The position numbers and the translations under genes are program-made. The notes beneath the pieces were generated by a model, which searched no databases, was not told the DNA's origin, and saw only the letters and a program-made list of their open reading frames with translations. A stretch of DNA of 64,000 nt, from contig CAVQVK010000051.1 of NCBI GenBank assembly GCA_963717035.1, forward strand, positions 70,685 through 134,684. The letters run 5' to 3'. Shown one piece after another: positions 63,330 through 64,000 of this stretch. This DNA is from an uncultured Acidimicrobiaceae bacterium (GTDB taxonomy: Bacteria; Actinomycetota; Acidimicrobiia; Acidimicrobiales; RAAP-2). Numbering within the stretch: position 1 is the stretch's first letter; every line of letters begins with the position of its first letter.

Positions 63330-64000
63330 TTAGACAGTGCCCGAGGCGCCACGAGGAAAGGCCGCCTCGGTTGGGGCCTCCGGGGCCGGTTCGGTGAGGT
63401 CCAGATGGGTGGGCAGTCCCTCGCCGCGGAACAGCCCTGATGCCGCGGTAGTGCGACTCAGCGCATCAGCGGCCAGCACGATGGCGCCGGCGGTGTAGGT
63501 AGAACGCTCCAAGGGAGGGAACGTGGCTTCCTCCGGATAGACCATGCCCGTCCAGTAGGAGCCGTCCTCGGTGCGTAGCCCCTGGGCCCACTCGAGCAGG
63601 GTGAGGGCGACGTCGTCCATGCCGATGGCGTCCAGGGCCAGAACGCACTCGGCCGTCTCTGCCGCGGTTACCCATTCACCGGTCGAGACACACCGGACGC
63701 CGAAACCCTCCATCACGAACGTCGACCACCCGGCCTCGATCCGATCTCTGGCCGCCTGTCCAGTCATCGCCCCGGACAACACCGGGTAGTACCAGTCCAT
63801 GGCGAACTCTTGTTTCGGCGCAAAGGCCGACGAGGGCTCGTAGGCCACGGCGTGAGCCAGACGGCCCGCGGCCCACTCCCAGTCGGGCCGCTCGTGGCCC
63901 AGCTCCTCGGCGCAGGCGATGGCGCAACGGAGACTGTGGTAGATCGACGACGAGCCGGTCAGGAGGGCGTAGTTCTCGAGATAGCCGGACGGATCCAGGG
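63330..64000 (-). CDS. Hypothetical protein, 3' part (runs off window end); possibly an (alpha/alpha)-toroid prenyltransferase/terpenoid-cyclase-like fold
   Basis: The frame stays open to the window edge (...LDPSGYLENYALLTGSSSIYHSLRCAIACAEELGHERPDWEWAAGRLAHAVAYEP...AMDWYYPVLSG...). The fold guess is weak. Confidence 0.45.
   Translation of the reverse strand, partial: LDPSGYLENYALLTGSSSIYHSLRCAIACAEELGHERPDWEWAAGRLAHAVAYEPSSAFAPKQEFAMDWYYPVLSGAMTGQAARDRIEAGWSTFVMEGFGVRCVSTGEWVTAAETAECVLALDAIGMDDVALTLLEWAQGLRTEDGSYWTGMVYPEEATFPPLERSTYTAGAIVLAADALSRTTAASGLFRGEGLPTHLDLTEPAPEAPTEAAFPRGASGTV

Overview
High-G+C chromosomal window (about two-thirds G+C by eye, not computed) from an actinobacterial-type genome. 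The lineage call rests on two Actinobacteria-specific ribosomal microproteins (bS22 and bL37) and on gene order. I found no rRNA, CRISPR array, integrase, transposase or recognisable defence genes.

The backbone is two conserved housekeeping blocks, both on the minus strand:
- Block A (10.1-22.9 kb): glmU-prs-ctc(rplY)-pth-mfd-SurA-like-mazG(yabN-type fusion)-eno-ftsB/divIC-DUF501.
- Block B (51.0-57.0 kb): DUF192-rsmI-msrA-metG-tatD-rsmA-ispE.

Between and beside these blocks lie metabolic and accessory modules:
1. A visibly lower-G+C envelope island (1.6-10.1 kb). It holds a polytopic DUF2079-like membrane protein, a ~1000-aa secreted protein with 7 near-identical IPT/TIG repeats, an FkbM methyltransferase, a GT-B glycosyltransferase and a SAM methyltransferase.
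2. A liu/atu-like acyl-CoA carboxylase cluster (carboxyltransferase beta, biotin carboxylase alpha, AtuA/DUF1446, acyl-CoA dehydrogenase), followed by typA.
3. A tightly coupled 5-gene operon: histidine phosphatase, phosphosulfolactate synthase (ComA), VOC protein, adenylate-forming ligase and AT3 membrane acyltransferase. It abuts a secreted SGNH hydrolase and an orphan RfbH/ColD-type sugar 3-dehydratase. This is my best candidate for an undescribed pathway.
4. A UvrD-like helicase with an unknown N-terminal domain and a C-terminal HRDC-like tail.
5. An Lrp regulator, Leu/Val dehydrogenase and fused IOR-family 2-oxoacid:ferredoxin oxidoreductase module.
6. tRNA-Gln(UUG), an OmpR-type two-component pair, a glycerophosphodiester phosphodiesterase, a PfkB/adenosine kinase and pepN.

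Major caveat: the sequence carries dozens of single-base indels. They break clearly essential genes (eno, mfd, pth, typA, pepN and others), often at homopolymers. I read most 'frameshifts' here as assembly or consensus error, not biology, so coordinates of affected genes are envelope coordinates. All family calls come from motif and sequence recognition by eye; no searches were run.
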